Shown here in pieces: positions 19,818-28,877 of a stretch of DNA of 35,599 nucleotides. The position numbers and the translations under genes were made by a program. The notes under the pieces were generated by a model, which was not told the origin of the DNA, did no database searches, and worked only from the letters and a program-made list of their open reading frames with translations. The DNA comes from a virus: UHGV virus genome UHGV-0130975. The stretch is one strand, 5' to 3'. The first letter of the stretch is position 1. Each line of letters opens with the position of its first letter.

Positions 19818-20297
19818 TTAAATGATTTGCCAGTCTTCAGCCATCAGGTCGCCAATGGATGGAACCCATGTAGCAAGGCGGTTCTGTGAGTTTTTCAATA
19901 CAAGCGTGTCATTGAAAGTTGGCTCGCCAACATATTCGCCAAAGCCATAACCCAACGCAGACGCTAATTTTTCCCCTTTCACGAGATAAACAAACTGGTC
20001 TTTCCCATTCCATCCTGCCCGCTGCAAACTTTTGCCCTGTTTTAACGCTTCCATGGCAAGGCCGAAACTTAGTCCTGATACCGGACGATAAGCCCTTTCG
20101 AATACTTCTTTTGGACTCCAGCTAACGTAGCCATCAAAGCGATCGGTGTTAGGTTTTCCGCCATCCAGATATTCAACCAGATAGCCTTCGTCCTCGCCGT
20201 TTTCTCCGGCAGGAAGCTGCCAGCCACGAAAATCGTTATATGCCTGTCTCGTCATCGGAAAGGCGTTAATCAGTTTTACGCCAATATGCTGGGTCAT
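19818..20297 (-). CDS. Protein with C-terminal DUF2829-like (Tad2-like) domain; start uncertain (alternatives 20255 or 20420)
   Basis: C-terminal about 85 aa (FGLAMEALKQGKSLQRAGWNGKDQFVYLVKGEK...ATWVPSIGDLMAEDWQII) fits my recollection of the DUF2829 signature (EALxxLKxGKxVxRxGWNGK ... W.PSQ.DLLAEDWEI). None of the three candidate starts has a strong RBS. Confidence 0.5.
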   Translation of the reverse strand: MTQHIGVKLINAFPMTRQAYNDFRGWQLPAGENGEDEGYLVEYLDGGKPNTDRFDGYVSWSPKEVFERAYRPVSGLSFGLAMEALKQGKSLQRAGWNGKDQFVYLVKGEKLASALGYGFGEYVGEPTFNDTLVLKNSQNRLATWVPSIGDLMAEDWQII

Positions 20298-20519
20298 AAA
20301 ATTACCTATGGAGTTGGGAATAAAAAACCCCGCGAATGCGAGGCTAAATCCTGGTATTTGTAATGAACTGGCTCTTATCTCAACGCAGCCCCTTACCGCG
20401 CGCCAGATGCTCAATATCAAGCATCAGCAATGAGATGTTTAATCTGGATTTACTCCAGAAGTGATCACCACCCTGTCTACAGAGCCAGATGTGAAGGATG
20501 ATGAGTAAAATTATCGCTA

Positions 20520-20987
20520 TCATCGAAGGCATTGCGTCCTGATGTATTCCTGAAGCGTTCTCAGTGCTGTCTGGTCGCGGATGATTCCGTCCCGGACACC
20601 GAGAACGTTTCGTCCAGCAACTGGAGAGAGTTCGACGGTGGCATCATTGCCCATGCCGGAGGCGCGGGAGGTTTCGGTTGAGGCTGGCACAGGGCATTTT
20701 CCTTTGACGAGCACCCTGCCACCATTATCAAGCTTGCGCCGAAGAGCATCATTTTCAGCTTTCGCATCAGCTAACTCCTTCGTGTATTTAGCATCTAGTG
20801 CATCAGCAGTACGCTGGCGCTGCTGCATGTCAGTAATGGTGGCAGTCGCCTGCTTCAGCTCACTGACTTTTTTATCACGCTGTTCTTTGTAGGCGATGGC
20901 GTTATCACGGTAATGATTGACCCCCCACGACAGGCAGACGATGATGCAGATAACCAGAGCGGAGATAATCGCGGTTACTCTGCTCAT
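20520..20987 (-). CDS. Rz: Rz i-spanin (155 aa)
   Basis: [39 protein letters not shown]... recalled as near-identical to lambda Rz; follows R. Confidence 0.95.
   Translation of the reverse strand: MSRVTAIISALVICIIVCLSWGVNHYRDNAIAYKEQRDKKVSELKQATATITDMQQRQRTADALDAKYTKELADAKAENDALRRKLDNGGRVLVKGKCPVPASTETSRASGMGNDATVELSPVAGRNVLGVRDGIIRDQTALRTLQEYIRTQCLR
20561..20767 (-). CDS. Rz1: Rz1 o-spanin (lipoprotein), embedded in the +1 frame of Rz
   Basis: [22 protein letters not shown]... has a lipobox (VAGC) and a proline-rich region ([12 protein letters not shown]) as in lambda Rz1; entirely nested within Rz. Confidence 0.8.
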   Translation of the reverse strand: MRKLKMMLFGASLIMVAGCSSKENALCQPQPKPPAPPAWAMMPPSNSLQLLDETFSVSGTESSATRQH

Positions 20988-21460
20988 ACCTCAATCTCTC
21001 TGACCGTTCCGCCTGCTTCTTTGAATTTTGCAATCAGGCTGTCAGCCTTATGCTCGAACTGACCATAACCAGCGCCCGGAAGTGAAGCCCAGATATTACT
21101 GCAACGGTCGATTGCCTGACGAATATCACCGCGATCAATCATCGGTAAAGCGCCACGCTCTTTAATCTGTTGCAGTGCCACAGCGTCCTGGCTTTTCGGA
21201 GAGAAGTCTTTCAGGCCAAGCTGCTTACGATAGGCATCCCACCAACGGGAAAGAAGCTGGTAACGCCCGGCGGCTGTTGATTTGAGTTTTGGGTTTAGCG
21301 TGACAAGTTTGCGAGGGTGATCAGAGTAATCAGTGAATAGCTCTCCGCCAACAATGACGTCATAACCATGATTTCTGGTTTTCTGTCGTCCGTTATCAGT
21401 TCCCTCTGACCACGCCAGCATATCGAGGAACGCCTTACGTTGATTATTGATTTCCACCAT
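20984..21460 (-). CDS. R: Endolysin R (lytic transglycosylase, 158 aa)
   Basis: [49 protein letters not shown]... recalled as essentially identical to lambda R. Confidence 0.95.
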   Translation of the reverse strand: MVEINNQRKAFLDMLAWSEGTDNGRQKTRNHGYDVIVGGELFTDYSDHPRKLVTLNPKLKSTAAGRYQLLSRWWDAYRKQLGLKDFSPKSQDAVALQQIKERGALPMIDRGDIRQAIDRCSNIWASLPGAGYGQFEHKADSLIAKFKEAGGTVREIEV

Positions 21461-21767
21461 CTTCTACTCCGGCTTTTTTAGCAGCGAAGCGTTTGATAAG
21501 CGAACCAATCGAGTCAGTACCGATGTAGCCGATGAACACGCTCGTTATATAAGCGAGATTGCTACTTAGTCCGGCGAAGTCGAGAAGGTCACGAATGAAC
21601 CAGGCGATAATGGCGCACATCGTTGCGTCGATTACTGTTTTTGTAAACGCACCGCCATTATATCTGCCGCGAAGGTACGCCATTGCAAACGCAAGGATTG
21701 CCCCGATGCCTTGTTCCTTTGCCGCGAGAATGGCGGCTAACAGGTCATGTTTTTCTGGCATCTTCAT
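21444..21767 (-). CDS. S: Holin S (107 aa, dual-start S107/S105 motif)
   Basis: [67 protein letters not shown]... recalled as lambda S, including the Met-Lys-Met dual-start N-terminus. Confidence 0.95.
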   Translation of the reverse strand: MKMPEKHDLLAAILAAKEQGIGAILAFAMAYLRGRYNGGAFTKTVIDATMCAIIAWFIRDLLDFAGLSSNLAYITSVFIGYIGTDSIGSLIKRFAAKKAGVEDGGNQ

Positions 21768-22163
21768 GTCTTACCCCCAATAAGGGGATTTGCTCTATTT
21801 AATTAGGAATAAGGTCGATTACTGATAGAACAAATCCAGGCTACTGTGTTTAGTAATCAGATTTGTTCGTGACCGATATGCACGGGCAAAACGGCAGGAG
21901 GTTGTTAGCGCGACCTCCTGTCACCCGCTTTCACGAAGATCATGTGTAGAAGGCCGCAGCGTAACTATCACTGATGAATTCAGGATAGCCAGTGGCTACG
22001 GCTCAGTTTGGGTTGTGCTATTGCTGGGCGGCGATGACGCCTGTACGCATTTGGTGATCCGGTTCTGCTTCCGGTATTCGCTTAATTCAGCACAACGGAA
22101 AGAGCACTCAATGCATTTAAACCAAGCCCCATAAAGGAGAATGCTCTTACCTGTTGCACAGAT

Positions 22164-22222
22164 ATAAAAAATCCCGAAACCGTTATGCAGGCTCTAACTA
22201 TTACCTGCGAACTGTTTCGGGA
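22164..22222 (-). terminator. tR'-type terminator ending the short pR' leader transcript
   Basis: Minus-strand RNA ...CCCGAAAC...GTTTCGGG followed by UUUUUU (plus-strand A-run 22165-22170), the arrangement recalled for lambda tR'. Confidence 0.75.
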
Positions 22223-22358
22223 TTGCATTTTGCAGACCTCTCAGCCTGCGATGGTTGGAGTTCCAGACGATACGTCGAAGTGACCAACTAGGCGGAATCG
22301 GTAGTAAGCGCCGCCTCTTTTCATCTCACTACCACAACGAGCGAATTAACCCATCGTT
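22165..22358 (-). ncRNA. Short pR'-tR' leader transcript (lambda 6S RNA equivalent, carries the Q-utilisation region)
   Basis: Inferred from the pR' promoter (below) and tR' terminator about 190 nt apart, as in lambda. Ends are approximate. Confidence 0.5.
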
Positions 22359-22364
22359 GGGTCA

Positions 22365-22394
22365 AATTTACCCAACTTTATTCAAAAAGTCAAT
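22365..22394 (-). promoter_or_regulatory. Late promoter pR' (with overlapping qut region)
   Basis: Minus-strand TTGACT (complement of 22388-22393), 17-bp spacer, TAAATT (complement of 22365-22370), about 40 bp downstream of the Q stop. Sequence context recalled as lambda pR'. Confidence 0.7.
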
Positions 22395-22435
22395 ATCATG
22401 CCGTTAATATGTTGCCATCCGTGGCAATCATGCTG

Positions 22436-23059
22436 CTAACGTGTGACCGCATTCAAAATGTTGTCTGCGATTGACTCTTCTTTGTGGCATTGCACCACCA
22501 GAGCGTCATACAGCGGCTTAACAGTGCGTGACCAGGTGGGTTGAGTAAGGTTTGGGATTAGCATCGTTACAGCGCGATATGCGGCGCTTGCTGGCATTCT
22601 TGAATAGCCGACACCTTTGCATCTTCCGCACTCTTTCTCAACAACTCTCCCCCACTGCTCTGTTTTTGCTATATCAACTGCCCGACCTGTACCGTGGCAA
22701 TCTCTGCATCTTGCGCCCGGCGTCGCGGCACTACGGCAATAATCCGCATAAGCGAATGTTGCGAGCACTTGCAGTACCTTTGCCTTAGTATTTCCTTCAA
22801 GCTTTGCCACGCCACGGTATTTCCCCGATACCTTGTGTGCAAATTGCATCAGATAGTTGATAGTCTTTTGTTTGTCATTCTGGCTGAGTTCGTGCTTACC
22901 ACAGAATGCAGCCATTCCGAATCCGGCCTGTGATTGCGCCATCCCCATAGCAGCCATCACATCGGTACCGGAAAGAGAGTCAGAAGCCGTGGCCCGTGGT
23001 GAGTCGCTCATCATCGGGCTTTTTGGCGAATGAAATTTAGCTACGCTTTCGAGTCTCAT
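22436..23059 (-). CDS. Q: Late antiterminator Q (207 aa)
   Basis: 207 aa with a Cys-rich zinc-binding region (CRDCHGTGR...CGRCKGVGY); recalled as lambda Q; followed by pR'/tR'. Confidence 0.95.
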   Translation of the reverse strand: MRLESVAKFHSPKSPMMSDSPRATASDSLSGTDVMAAMGMAQSQAGFGMAAFCGKHELSQNDKQKTINYLMQFAHKVSGKYRGVAKLEGNTKAKVLQVLATFAYADYCRSAATPGARCRDCHGTGRAVDIAKTEQWGRVVEKECGRCKGVGYSRMPASAAYRAVTMLIPNLTQPTWSRTVKPLYDALVVQCHKEESIADNILNAVTR

Positions 23060-23244
23060 CGTCTTCCTCTCTTGCCCTGCTTGACCATCAGGACGCCGTT
23101 AACTATTACGTGGCGTTCGCCTTTGCTGTCTCGGTTGTACTTGAGCACCGTTCCTCTTGCGCAGGAAAGCATCCTCGCCACTTCGGTCTGATTGCCTCGT
23201 GTCTGGATAAGAAGCTCTGGTATCGTTTGAATTGTGGCGTTCAT
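23056..23244 (-). CDS. ninH: NinH (62 aa, Fis-like DNA-binding protein)
   Basis: TIPELLIQTRGNQTEVARMLSCARGTVLKYNRD... recalled as lambda NinH-like (TIPDMLVEAYGNQTEVARRLKCSRGTVRKY...). Confidence 0.85.
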   Translation of the reverse strand: MNATIQTIPELLIQTRGNQTEVARMLSCARGTVLKYNRDSKGERHVIVNGVLMVKQGKRGRR

Positions 23245-23603
23245 ACGTTCTCCAGTTCGGTGATTTTTATTCCAAGCCTTCCGCCTGGTACTTTCACGCC
23301 ACGAATTACGCGAATGTCATCGAATTGCTCGTCGTCTTCCGCAAATCCGGCGTGGATAAGGGAGTCGAGTAAACCCTTCAGGATGTTATCGAGGTCGCGG
23401 CGGCGGGAGTCTGGAACGTCTGCGATGACTTTGATGCGGAGTCGTGATTTGGTGAAAATGTCTAACTTGAGTTGGCGGATGATTTGCTGAACGTCTTTTC
23501 GGTATTTCTGGCCTTTATTGCTGATGTAGTATTGGCTTCCCCGTCTTCGCCAGTAGGTATTCACCGACGGCGGGTATGGAAGCACAAACTGATATTCGTT
23601 CAT
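23241..23603 (-). CDS. rusA: Holliday junction resolvase RusA (120 aa)
   Basis: LPYPPSVNTYWRRRG... and ...PDSRRRDLDNILKGLLDSL..DD.Q..D..V are RusA catalytic-region signatures. Confidence 0.9.
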   Translation of the reverse strand: MNEYQFVLPYPPSVNTYWRRRGSQYYISNKGQKYRKDVQQIIRQLKLDIFTKSRLRIKVIADVPDSRRRDLDNILKGLLDSLIHAGFAEDDEQFDDIRVIRGVKVPGGRLGIKITELENV

Positions 23604-23890
23604 GGCTTAATCTTCCCCTCCTTCAGTAGTATCGCCTGCGTCCTGATCACGCCTTCGAGGTGGTAAAGTCTGGCGTCTTTGTTGTCGAGATTATGGGTGC
23701 GTCGGTCGATTTCATCGTGACACGCGCTACAAGCCCATGCGCCGATCAGGTCGTCAGGCTTCATTCCCGTTCCGCAAATTCCAGCCATCCGGTAATGTGC
23801 CAGAACTGTAGTTTCAGGGTTGCCATTGCATACGCCGTAAATACGTACCTGGCATTCTCTGCCGCGCGCTTCTTTGCGTAGGTTAGCCAT
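23600..23890 (-). CDS. YbcO-like (DUF1364) Cys-rich protein, putative nuclease (96 aa)
   Basis: Conserved Cys/His pattern (CQVRIYGVC...HYRMAGICGTGMKPDD..GAWACSACHDEID) recalled for the ybcO family of lambdoid nin regions. Confidence 0.65.
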   Translation of the reverse strand: MANLRKEARGRECQVRIYGVCNGNPETTVLAHYRMAGICGTGMKPDDLIGAWACSACHDEIDRRTHNLDNKDARLYHLEGVIRTQAILLKEGKIKP

Positions 23891-24612
23891 TAAGCAGCCT
23901 CCCCTGTTACTTTCAGCATTCCGTTATCGAGCAGCTTTCTGGTCAGCCACTGTTGACCACGCCCGGTGATTTTTGTGGTGAACGATATCTGTATTCCGTG
24001 ATTTGTGTTGACCGCTGTTTCTTTCACTGTGAAATAGCCGCGATCCATATATTCCTGCATTGGCACATTGCGCCGGGAACCTGAAGCAATAAGGATTTTG
24101 TGATCGCGCATCCACGCAAACAGTTTGTTTGGACCAATACCGACAACCTTTGCAAAGTTTCCAATCAAAATTCCGCTGGCTTCGCCAACTCGATCGGCAA
24201 ACTCAACTTTAGGTGCGGCAATTGCGAGCTGGTTTTCCAGTTGCATTTTCTGCTCAGCAAGGTCAGCAGCAAGGCGCAACGCTTCTGGTAGCGTTTTTGG
24301 GATATTAACCGCATCTTCTTCAAGCTCTCGCCAACGGTCAACAAGGCGAGCCGTGAATTCCGGCGACAACTGGGCTACAACGACAATACTGTCTCGCTTT
24401 CCTTGTTCGCCTTCGAATACATACACACAAAAACTTTGATTTAAGCCTAACCCATTGATTCTTCCACAATACTCAATTTGAGGAAGCCGGATAACACCAT
24501 TTTTAGCCAGCGTTTCGATGGTACGTTTCACATTGTCATGACGCTTACCAACCAACTCAGCGATTTCAATGCTTGTCATTTTGATGGCATTGCCATTTAT
24601 TAACTCATTCAT
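23890..24612 (-). CDS. rha: Rha-family phage regulatory protein with C-terminal antirepressor-like domain (240 aa)
   Basis: N-terminal MTSIEIAELVGKRHDNVKRTIETL matches the Rha motif; C-terminus has an ANT/KilA-C-like HTH region. Confidence 0.75.
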   Translation of the reverse strand: MNELINGNAIKMTSIEIAELVGKRHDNVKRTIETLAKNGVIRLPQIEYCGRINGLGLNQSFCVYVFEGEQGKRDSIVVVAQLSPEFTARLVDRWRELEEDAVNIPKTLPEALRLAADLAEQKMQLENQLAIAAPKVEFADRVGEASGILIGNFAKVVGIGPNKLFAWMRDHKILIASGSRRNVPMQEYMDRGYFTVKETAVNTNHGIQISFTTKITGRGQQWLTRKLLDNGMLKVTGEAA

Positions 24613-24781
24613 CGTCTTCTTCCTCGTACATTGAGCTATTCGGATCGCTCATCAGTTCTGCGCAGCAATCGGAGCACACGTGAACTTCCAGCACATGCAG
24701 CTTCTGACCGCAGTTAGCGCACGTTAAAGCCCGCTCGACGCTTTCTTTCTGGTATTGAATTGATTGGGATGGGCTAAGCAT
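24605..24781 (-). CDS. ninF: NinF (58 aa)
   Basis: Not in the ORF track (under 60 aa). Translation [58 protein letters not shown] recalled as lambda NinF. ATG overlaps the upstream stop (TAATG). Confidence 0.85.
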   Translation of the reverse strand: MLSPSQSIQYQKESVERALTCANCGQKLHVLEVHVCSDCCAELMSDPNSSMYEEEDDE

Positions 24782-25146
24782 TATTGGATTCTCTGCATCA
24801 TGAGAAAGACAATCATGGCGGCGCGGAGGGGATTTTCATGTATAGCTCGCTTAGATTTACAGTAGGCCACACCGCGTGCACCCCACTCGTCTTCATCGAG
24901 ATTGATAATGCTAATCCTGTATTTTTCAATAATCGGCCATGAGTCTGCTGGGTTTGCGCATGGGTTAAAGGATCCGCGCTCAACTTCTACTTCAACTGCG
25001 TCTCCGTTTACAATGTCTCCCTCAAATGAGACAAACACCATATCGCCATTCTCACCTTCTTTGTAATCCGGTGATCCGTTATGAATGGCTTCGAATACCG
25101 CCACGTTAATTTCAAAATCACTTAACTGTGAATAATCCATAGTCAT
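24781..25146 (-). CDS. Acidic nin-region protein (121 aa), possibly NinX/DUF2591-like
   Basis: Start at MTMDYSQL (ATG 25146-25144) overlapping the ninE stop as ATGA. Family name is a low-confidence recollection. Confidence 0.55.
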   Translation of the reverse strand: MTMDYSQLSDFEINVAVFEAIHNGSPDYKEGENGDMVFVSFEGDIVNGDAVEVEVERGSFNPCANPADSWPIIEKYRISIINLDEDEWGARGVAYCKSKRAIHENPLRAAMIVFLMMQRIQ

Positions 25147-25319
25147 TTCCTCGCACGATGTCTTAGCAACCGGATATCCCACAGGTGAGCCGTGTAGTTG
25201 AAGGTTTTTACGTCAGATTCTTTTGGTATTGGCTTGCGTTTATTTCTGGAGCGTTTCGTTGGAAGGTATTTGCAGTTTTCGCAGATTATGTCGGTGAAAC
25301 TTCGTCGCTGTCGTCTCAT
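25143..25319 (-). CDS. ninE: NinE (58 aa)
   Basis: [58 protein letters not shown] recalled as lambda NinE. ORF-track N-terminal extension rejected. Confidence 0.85.
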   Translation of the reverse strand: MRRQRRSFTDIICENCKYLPTKRSRNKRKPIPKESDVKTFNYTAHLWDIRLLRHRARK

Positions 25320-25843
25320 GCTGCCCTCCTGACGCCATGCCCGATCGCCATCAATGCCGCTTTGGATACGGTAGTAAACATCCGTCGAGGACTGATGAAC
25401 GGTCGCCAAATCAGCAGCATGGAACCTTTGCTGTTTCCCTTCTTCTCTATCCCTGTCGATGGTTCGATAAAATTAATCCGTCCATCAGTGATAATGCGAA
25501 CTTCGTCAACACTCTCCAGAGCCTTGCTGAACCATCCGACAGACATATCCTCTGGCACAAGCATCACTACCGTCTGTCGCTGTTGTATGCACTGCTCAGC
25601 GGCTTTTTCCACCCACGGCCTGATATTGCTGTACGGTGGGTTATTCCAGATTGCACCGTGGCTTACCCACTCAGAATTGAGCGCGTCGTCGGCCTCAGTT
25701 AGCCAGTGAGCACACAGAGCATTTTTGTCGCTCGCTGCCGAATCCAGCCAGAATCCAAACTCAATATCCAGTGCATCAAAAAGCCAAAGCGGCGTTCTCC
25801 AGCAGTCCTTGTCGTGTGCTGGCGTATTTGATTTGATAGTCAT
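25316..25843 (-). CDS. Phage DNA N6-adenine methyltransferase (orphan, Dam family; about 175 aa)
   Basis: Catalytic NPPY motif ([10 protein letters not shown]); start at MTIKSNT (ATG 25843) overlapping the ninB stop as ATGA; no adjacent restriction endonuclease gene. Confidence 0.8.
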   Translation of the reverse strand: MTIKSNTPAHDKDCWRTPLWLFDALDIEFGFWLDSAASDKNALCAHWLTEADDALNSEWVSHGAIWNNPPYSNIRPWVEKAAEQCIQQRQTVVMLVPEDMSVGWFSKALESVDEVRIITDGRINFIEPSTGIEKKGNSKGSMLLIWRPFISPRRMFTTVSKAALMAIGHGVRRAA

Positions 25844-26280
25844 GCTGCCCGATCTCCCCATCGCGCTTTCCATTCGAGAGCCAGTCGCGCTTCGTCTGAC
25901 CACTTAACGCCACGCTCTGTACCGAATGCCTGTATAAGCTCTAATAACTCCGCAAATTCGCTTACACGCATCCTGCTGGTTGACTGGCCTATTACCACAA
26001 AGCCATTCCCGGCAAGGTTAGGAACAACGTCCTGCTGCTTTAATGCTGCGGTAAACACACACTTCCAGCTTTCTGCATCCAGCCAGCGCCCATGCCATTC
26101 AACCTGACGAGAGACGTCACCAAGGCAAGCCCAAAGCTTTCGATTCTGGTCTAAGCTGCGGTTGCGTTCCTGAATGGTTACTACGATTGGTTTGGTTGGG
26201 TCTGGAAGAATTTGCTGTACCGCGTGAATAGCGTTTTGCTGATGTGCTGGGGATCGAATTTCAAAGGTTAGTTTTTTCAT
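25840..26280 (-). CDS. ninB: NinB / Orf recombination mediator (146 aa)
   Basis: MKKLTFEIRSPAHQQNAIHAVQQILPDPTKPIVVTIQERNRSLDQNRKLWACLGDVSRQVEWHGRWLDAESWKCVF... recalled as lambda NinB. Confidence 0.9.
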   Translation of the reverse strand: MKKLTFEIRSPAHQQNAIHAVQQILPDPTKPIVVTIQERNRSLDQNRKLWACLGDVSRQVEWHGRWLDAESWKCVFTAALKQQDVVPNLAGNGFVVIGQSTSRMRVSEFAELLELIQAFGTERGVKWSDEARLALEWKARWGDRAA

Positions 26281-26473
26281 GACTTCCCTCTCTAACAGAT
26301 TTCAGGTTATTCCACTCCGTTACCGCACTGCGATAATTCGCGGCCGCCACAGCAGCGTGGTTAGCGCAGTAGATTTGGCACCCGTTATCCATGTCGAATA
26401 TTGTCGGTGATTTTCCGCATTTACATTTCTTGGCACGCGGTGCGTCTGAACACATTCCGTTAACGGTGTCCAT
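26261..26473 (-). CDS. Cys-rich small protein (70 aa), possible zinc-ribbon
   Basis: ATG 26473 with GAGGGG 7 nt upstream; C-x-C and C-x3-C pairs (KCKCGK...CQIYCANH). First gene after the tR2-like terminator; overlaps the ninB start by 20 nt. Confidence 0.45.
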   Translation of the reverse strand: MDTVNGMCSDAPRAKKCKCGKSPTIFDMDNGCQIYCANHAAVAAANYRSAVTEWNNLKSVREGSHEKTNL

Positions 26474-26497
26474 CAGGATTCCCCTCGTTCTTAATCC

Positions 26498-26528
26498 AAT
26501 AAAAAAGGGCTACTGTGTAAATAGCCCC
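26498..26528 (-). terminator. Rho-independent terminator between replication genes and nin region (tR2 analogue)
   Basis: Minus-strand GGGGCTA-loop-TAGCCC hairpin followed by UUUUUUU (plus-strand A-run 26500-26506), about 30 nt downstream of the helicase stop. Confidence 0.7.
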
Positions 26529-26554
26529 TGTTATTAGCTCAGTGATGTAGATGG

Positions 26555-27931
26555 TCATACGTCAGCCCCTTGTGCATATCGTCTGCCACGTGCAGCGGGT
26601 GCATTTGATGTTGTGCAAATCTGTCTGGCTTCATCCTGGTCACATGCAACAAAGTGTCCGTTGCAGAACCGCTGGTAAACCGTACCAAGTGAACCAAAAC
26701 GGTTTTTCGTCACGATGATTTCAGCAAATGGCGCGGCGCTACTGTTCTCGTCATATACCGCTTCCCGATAGAGCATGATGATTGAGTCTGCGTCCTGCTC
26801 AATGCTTCCTGAATCACGCAAATCTGCGTTTGTCGGGCGTTTGTTTGGTCGCTTCTCAACATCGCGCGAAAGCTGACTCAGGGAGATAACCGGTGTTTTC
26901 AGGTCTTTCGCCATCGCCTTCAGGCTTCCGGAGATGTGAGCAATTGCAAGGTCGTTGCGATCTGCTTTCGGCTTCTCAATCAGGCCAAGATAATCCGCCA
27001 TGATGAGTGACAGGTTTGGATTTTCCTGTTTGTGCCGTTCTGCGATTGAGCGTATTTCTTCGACCGATAACCGCGAGGCATCGACTACCCATACATCCAA
27101 ATCTGCAAGCTGACTCATGCCGTTAGCAACACGTGCCCAGCCCTCGTCATCCATCGATGCAGGATTTCGCAGTACGCTAACCGACATCCTCCCGGCGTTG
27201 GCAATGCTCCGCTCTGCAATCTGCAATGCGCTCATTTCCATCGAGAAAATCAATACTCCGCGCCGGACGTCAGAACCAGGAATAACGCGGCTTGCAACAC
27301 CTTCGGCAATCTTTAGCGCCAGTTCGGTTTTCCCCATACCAGGACGAGCGGCGATAATCACCAGGTCTTCAGCGTTCATCCCTCCGGTGATAGCGTCAAG
27401 TTCTTCGATTCCGGTCTTCAGGGTATCTGACTCTTCTCCGTTCCTCAGACGCCTGTCAAGCGTGTCAGTGTAGTCAGTGATGATTTCCCCTAACCGTACA
27501 GGTTTAACCTCGTCACGGGGCTTTCTGATGGCTGAAAGACGCTTTACAAGTTCATCCATCGCCTGACTCGATGCGTCGATGGTTCCGCTCTGAATTGGTT
27601 CACGCATTTCATCCATGATGTCCAGCACCAGACGGCGGTGATAGTTATCCGCGACCATTCCGGCATATCCCTTCAGGTTTGCGGCACTCGGGCAGTTTTT
27701 GCTGGTCATCAGGATTGACGTGAAATGCTCCTCTCCGCACGCCTCGGCAACCATCAGCGCGTCGATTAGGTTTCTGTTTCGCGCCTGCTTGCGGATAACC
27801 TCGAAGGCTTTCCGGTAGAGCGGAATTGAAAACGCTTCCGGCTCAAGCGTTGCCAGAACGTCACTGGCGGTTGGAGTTAATCCACCAATCAGCAGGCCAC
27901 CGATAACGCTCGCTTCGATATCCTGTCTCAT
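26555..27931 (-). CDS. Replicative DNA helicase, DnaB family (458 aa)
   Basis: Walker A ([16 protein letters not shown]), Walker B-like ([10 protein letters not shown]) and DnaB C-terminal motifs ([38 protein letters not shown]). Confidence 0.95.
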   Translation of the reverse strand: MRQDIEASVIGGLLIGGLTPTASDVLATLEPEAFSIPLYRKAFEVIRKQARNRNLIDALMVAEACGEEHFTSILMTSKNCPSAANLKGYAGMVADNYHRRLVLDIMDEMREPIQSGTIDASSQAMDELVKRLSAIRKPRDEVKPVRLGEIITDYTDTLDRRLRNGEESDTLKTGIEELDAITGGMNAEDLVIIAARPGMGKTELALKIAEGVASRVIPGSDVRRGVLIFSMEMSALQIAERSIANAGRMSVSVLRNPASMDDEGWARVANGMSQLADLDVWVVDASRLSVEEIRSIAERHKQENPNLSLIMADYLGLIEKPKADRNDLAIAHISGSLKAMAKDLKTPVISLSQLSRDVEKRPNKRPTNADLRDSGSIEQDADSIIMLYREAVYDENSSAAPFAEIIVTKNRFGSLGTVYQRFCNGHFVACDQDEARQICTTSNAPAARGRRYAQGADV

Positions 27932-28875
27932 GCAATCCCCCTGTCTGCAAACTTCCCTTCCCGAACTCCCGTTAACGAGTCTTCCCTCAGCAGGTAATCA
28001 AAATCAGCCGTCCAGCCCGTGTCGTTGTCTCCGAAGTAAAACGGCTTGGCCTGATGCACAAACGCCCTGACATACGCTCTGAAACCGTCCACATTTGGCG
28101 TTTTCAGTTGCGGGATGATTTTCTTCAGGCGGCGTTTGCGTTTCTCGTTGACCGCAACAGCGTGTGGCAGTCTGTCACCGACTTCGGTGTTGTAGGCGTT
28201 CAGGAAGGATTCGTAGTCGATTCGTTCTGCCTTGCGACGTTCAGGTTTAACCTGCCCATCGCCTCCCCCATTGGGGGGTAGGGGGGTATTATTTATATTC
28301 TTGTTAATACCTTCTTGTTCATGATGTGCGGTTGTTTGTGCGGCTTCATGTGCGCTTTCATGTGCGGCATGTACGCTGAAAGCCGCGCCATTACTGGCTT
28401 CGTCATGTGCGGCGTCATGTGCGGTTGTTTGTGCGGCTTCATGTGCGGGTGAATTGTCCATTTTTTGAGCATATTCATGGTAATTTGTGATGGTGATCAC
28501 ACGACCTTTTTGCTTCTCTCCATCAATGGAGATCATCCCCTCTTTCACAAAAACCTGAAGCATCCGCTCAACCTGATCGCGGCTTGCTGGCTTGCCATGC
28601 CTGTCGCATAACTGAAGACCTAAATCAGCTGCTGTCACAACCAGTTGACCGGGTTGCAGATGCCATTCATGACCTTTGAAATTCGCTTTGTATGGCTTTC
28701 TGGCGGCATTCAGGAGAAGGTTTTCCCACAGGGTGCGAAGATAAACATCTTTCGCCCATGACTGTTTCAGAATGCTCCGGTACAACGGAATGTAACCAGT
28801 TTTCTGGTTCTCCATCCTGTTGCTCCTGCGCTCGTGTGCGGCGCTGAAATCGTAGATTTTTGCTGTATTGCTCAT
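27928..28875 (-). CDS. Replication initiator / replisome organiser (O-like, 315 aa) with internal origin
   Basis: N-terminus [10 protein letters not shown]... resembles lambdoid initiator N-termini; the central linker is encoded by origin iterons (HEAAQTTAH... repeats); ATGA overlap with the downstream helicase gene. Confidence 0.8.
   Translation of the reverse strand: MSNTAKIYDFSAAHERRSNRMENQKTGYIPLYRSILKQSWAKDVYLRTLWENLLLNAARKPYKANFKGHEWHLQPGQLVVTAADLGLQLCDRHGKPASRDQVERMLQVFVKEGMISIDGEKQKGRVITITNYHEYAQKMDNSPAHEAAQTTAHDAAHDEASNGAAFSVHAAHESAHEAAQTTAHHEQEGINKNINNTPLPPNGGGDGQVKPERRKAERIDYESFLNAYNTEVGDRLPHAVAVNEKRKRRLKKIIPQLKTPNVDGFRAYVRAFVHQAKPFYFGDNDTGWTADFDYLLREDSLTGVREGKFADRGIA
28266..28449. 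repeat. Replication origin inside the initiator gene: about 9 tandem 12-bp iterons, AT-rich tract and G/C palindrome
   Basis: Minus-strand CCGCACATGA(A/C) motif repeated with 12-bp period across 28318-28449; AT-rich stretch 28285-28312; CCCCCATTGGGGGG palindrome 28266-28280. Order in the coding direction (iterons then AT-rich) is the same as lambda ori. Confidence 0.75.
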
Positions 28876-28877
28876 AA

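Noticed and set aside
19584-19818. Possible terminator or small RNA hairpin (AAGCCCA...TGGGCTT) in the intergenic region
   Set aside because: No adjacent U-tract on either strand and no supporting promoter; insufficient evidence.
21768-22163. Possible tRNA or small gene in the 400-bp gap between tR' and S
   Set aside because: No cloverleaf-like structure recognised; the interval appears to be the lambda-type late leader.
28318-28449. Tandem short repeats that could be mistaken for a CRISPR array
   Set aside because: 12-bp period without spacers, located inside a replication initiator ORF next to an AT-rich tract; this is an iteron-type origin, not CRISPR.
28293-28478. Minus-strand His/Pro/Lys-rich ORF ([21 protein letters not shown]...)
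   Set aside because: Alternative-frame reading of the 12-bp origin iterons inside the initiator gene; a repeat artefact.
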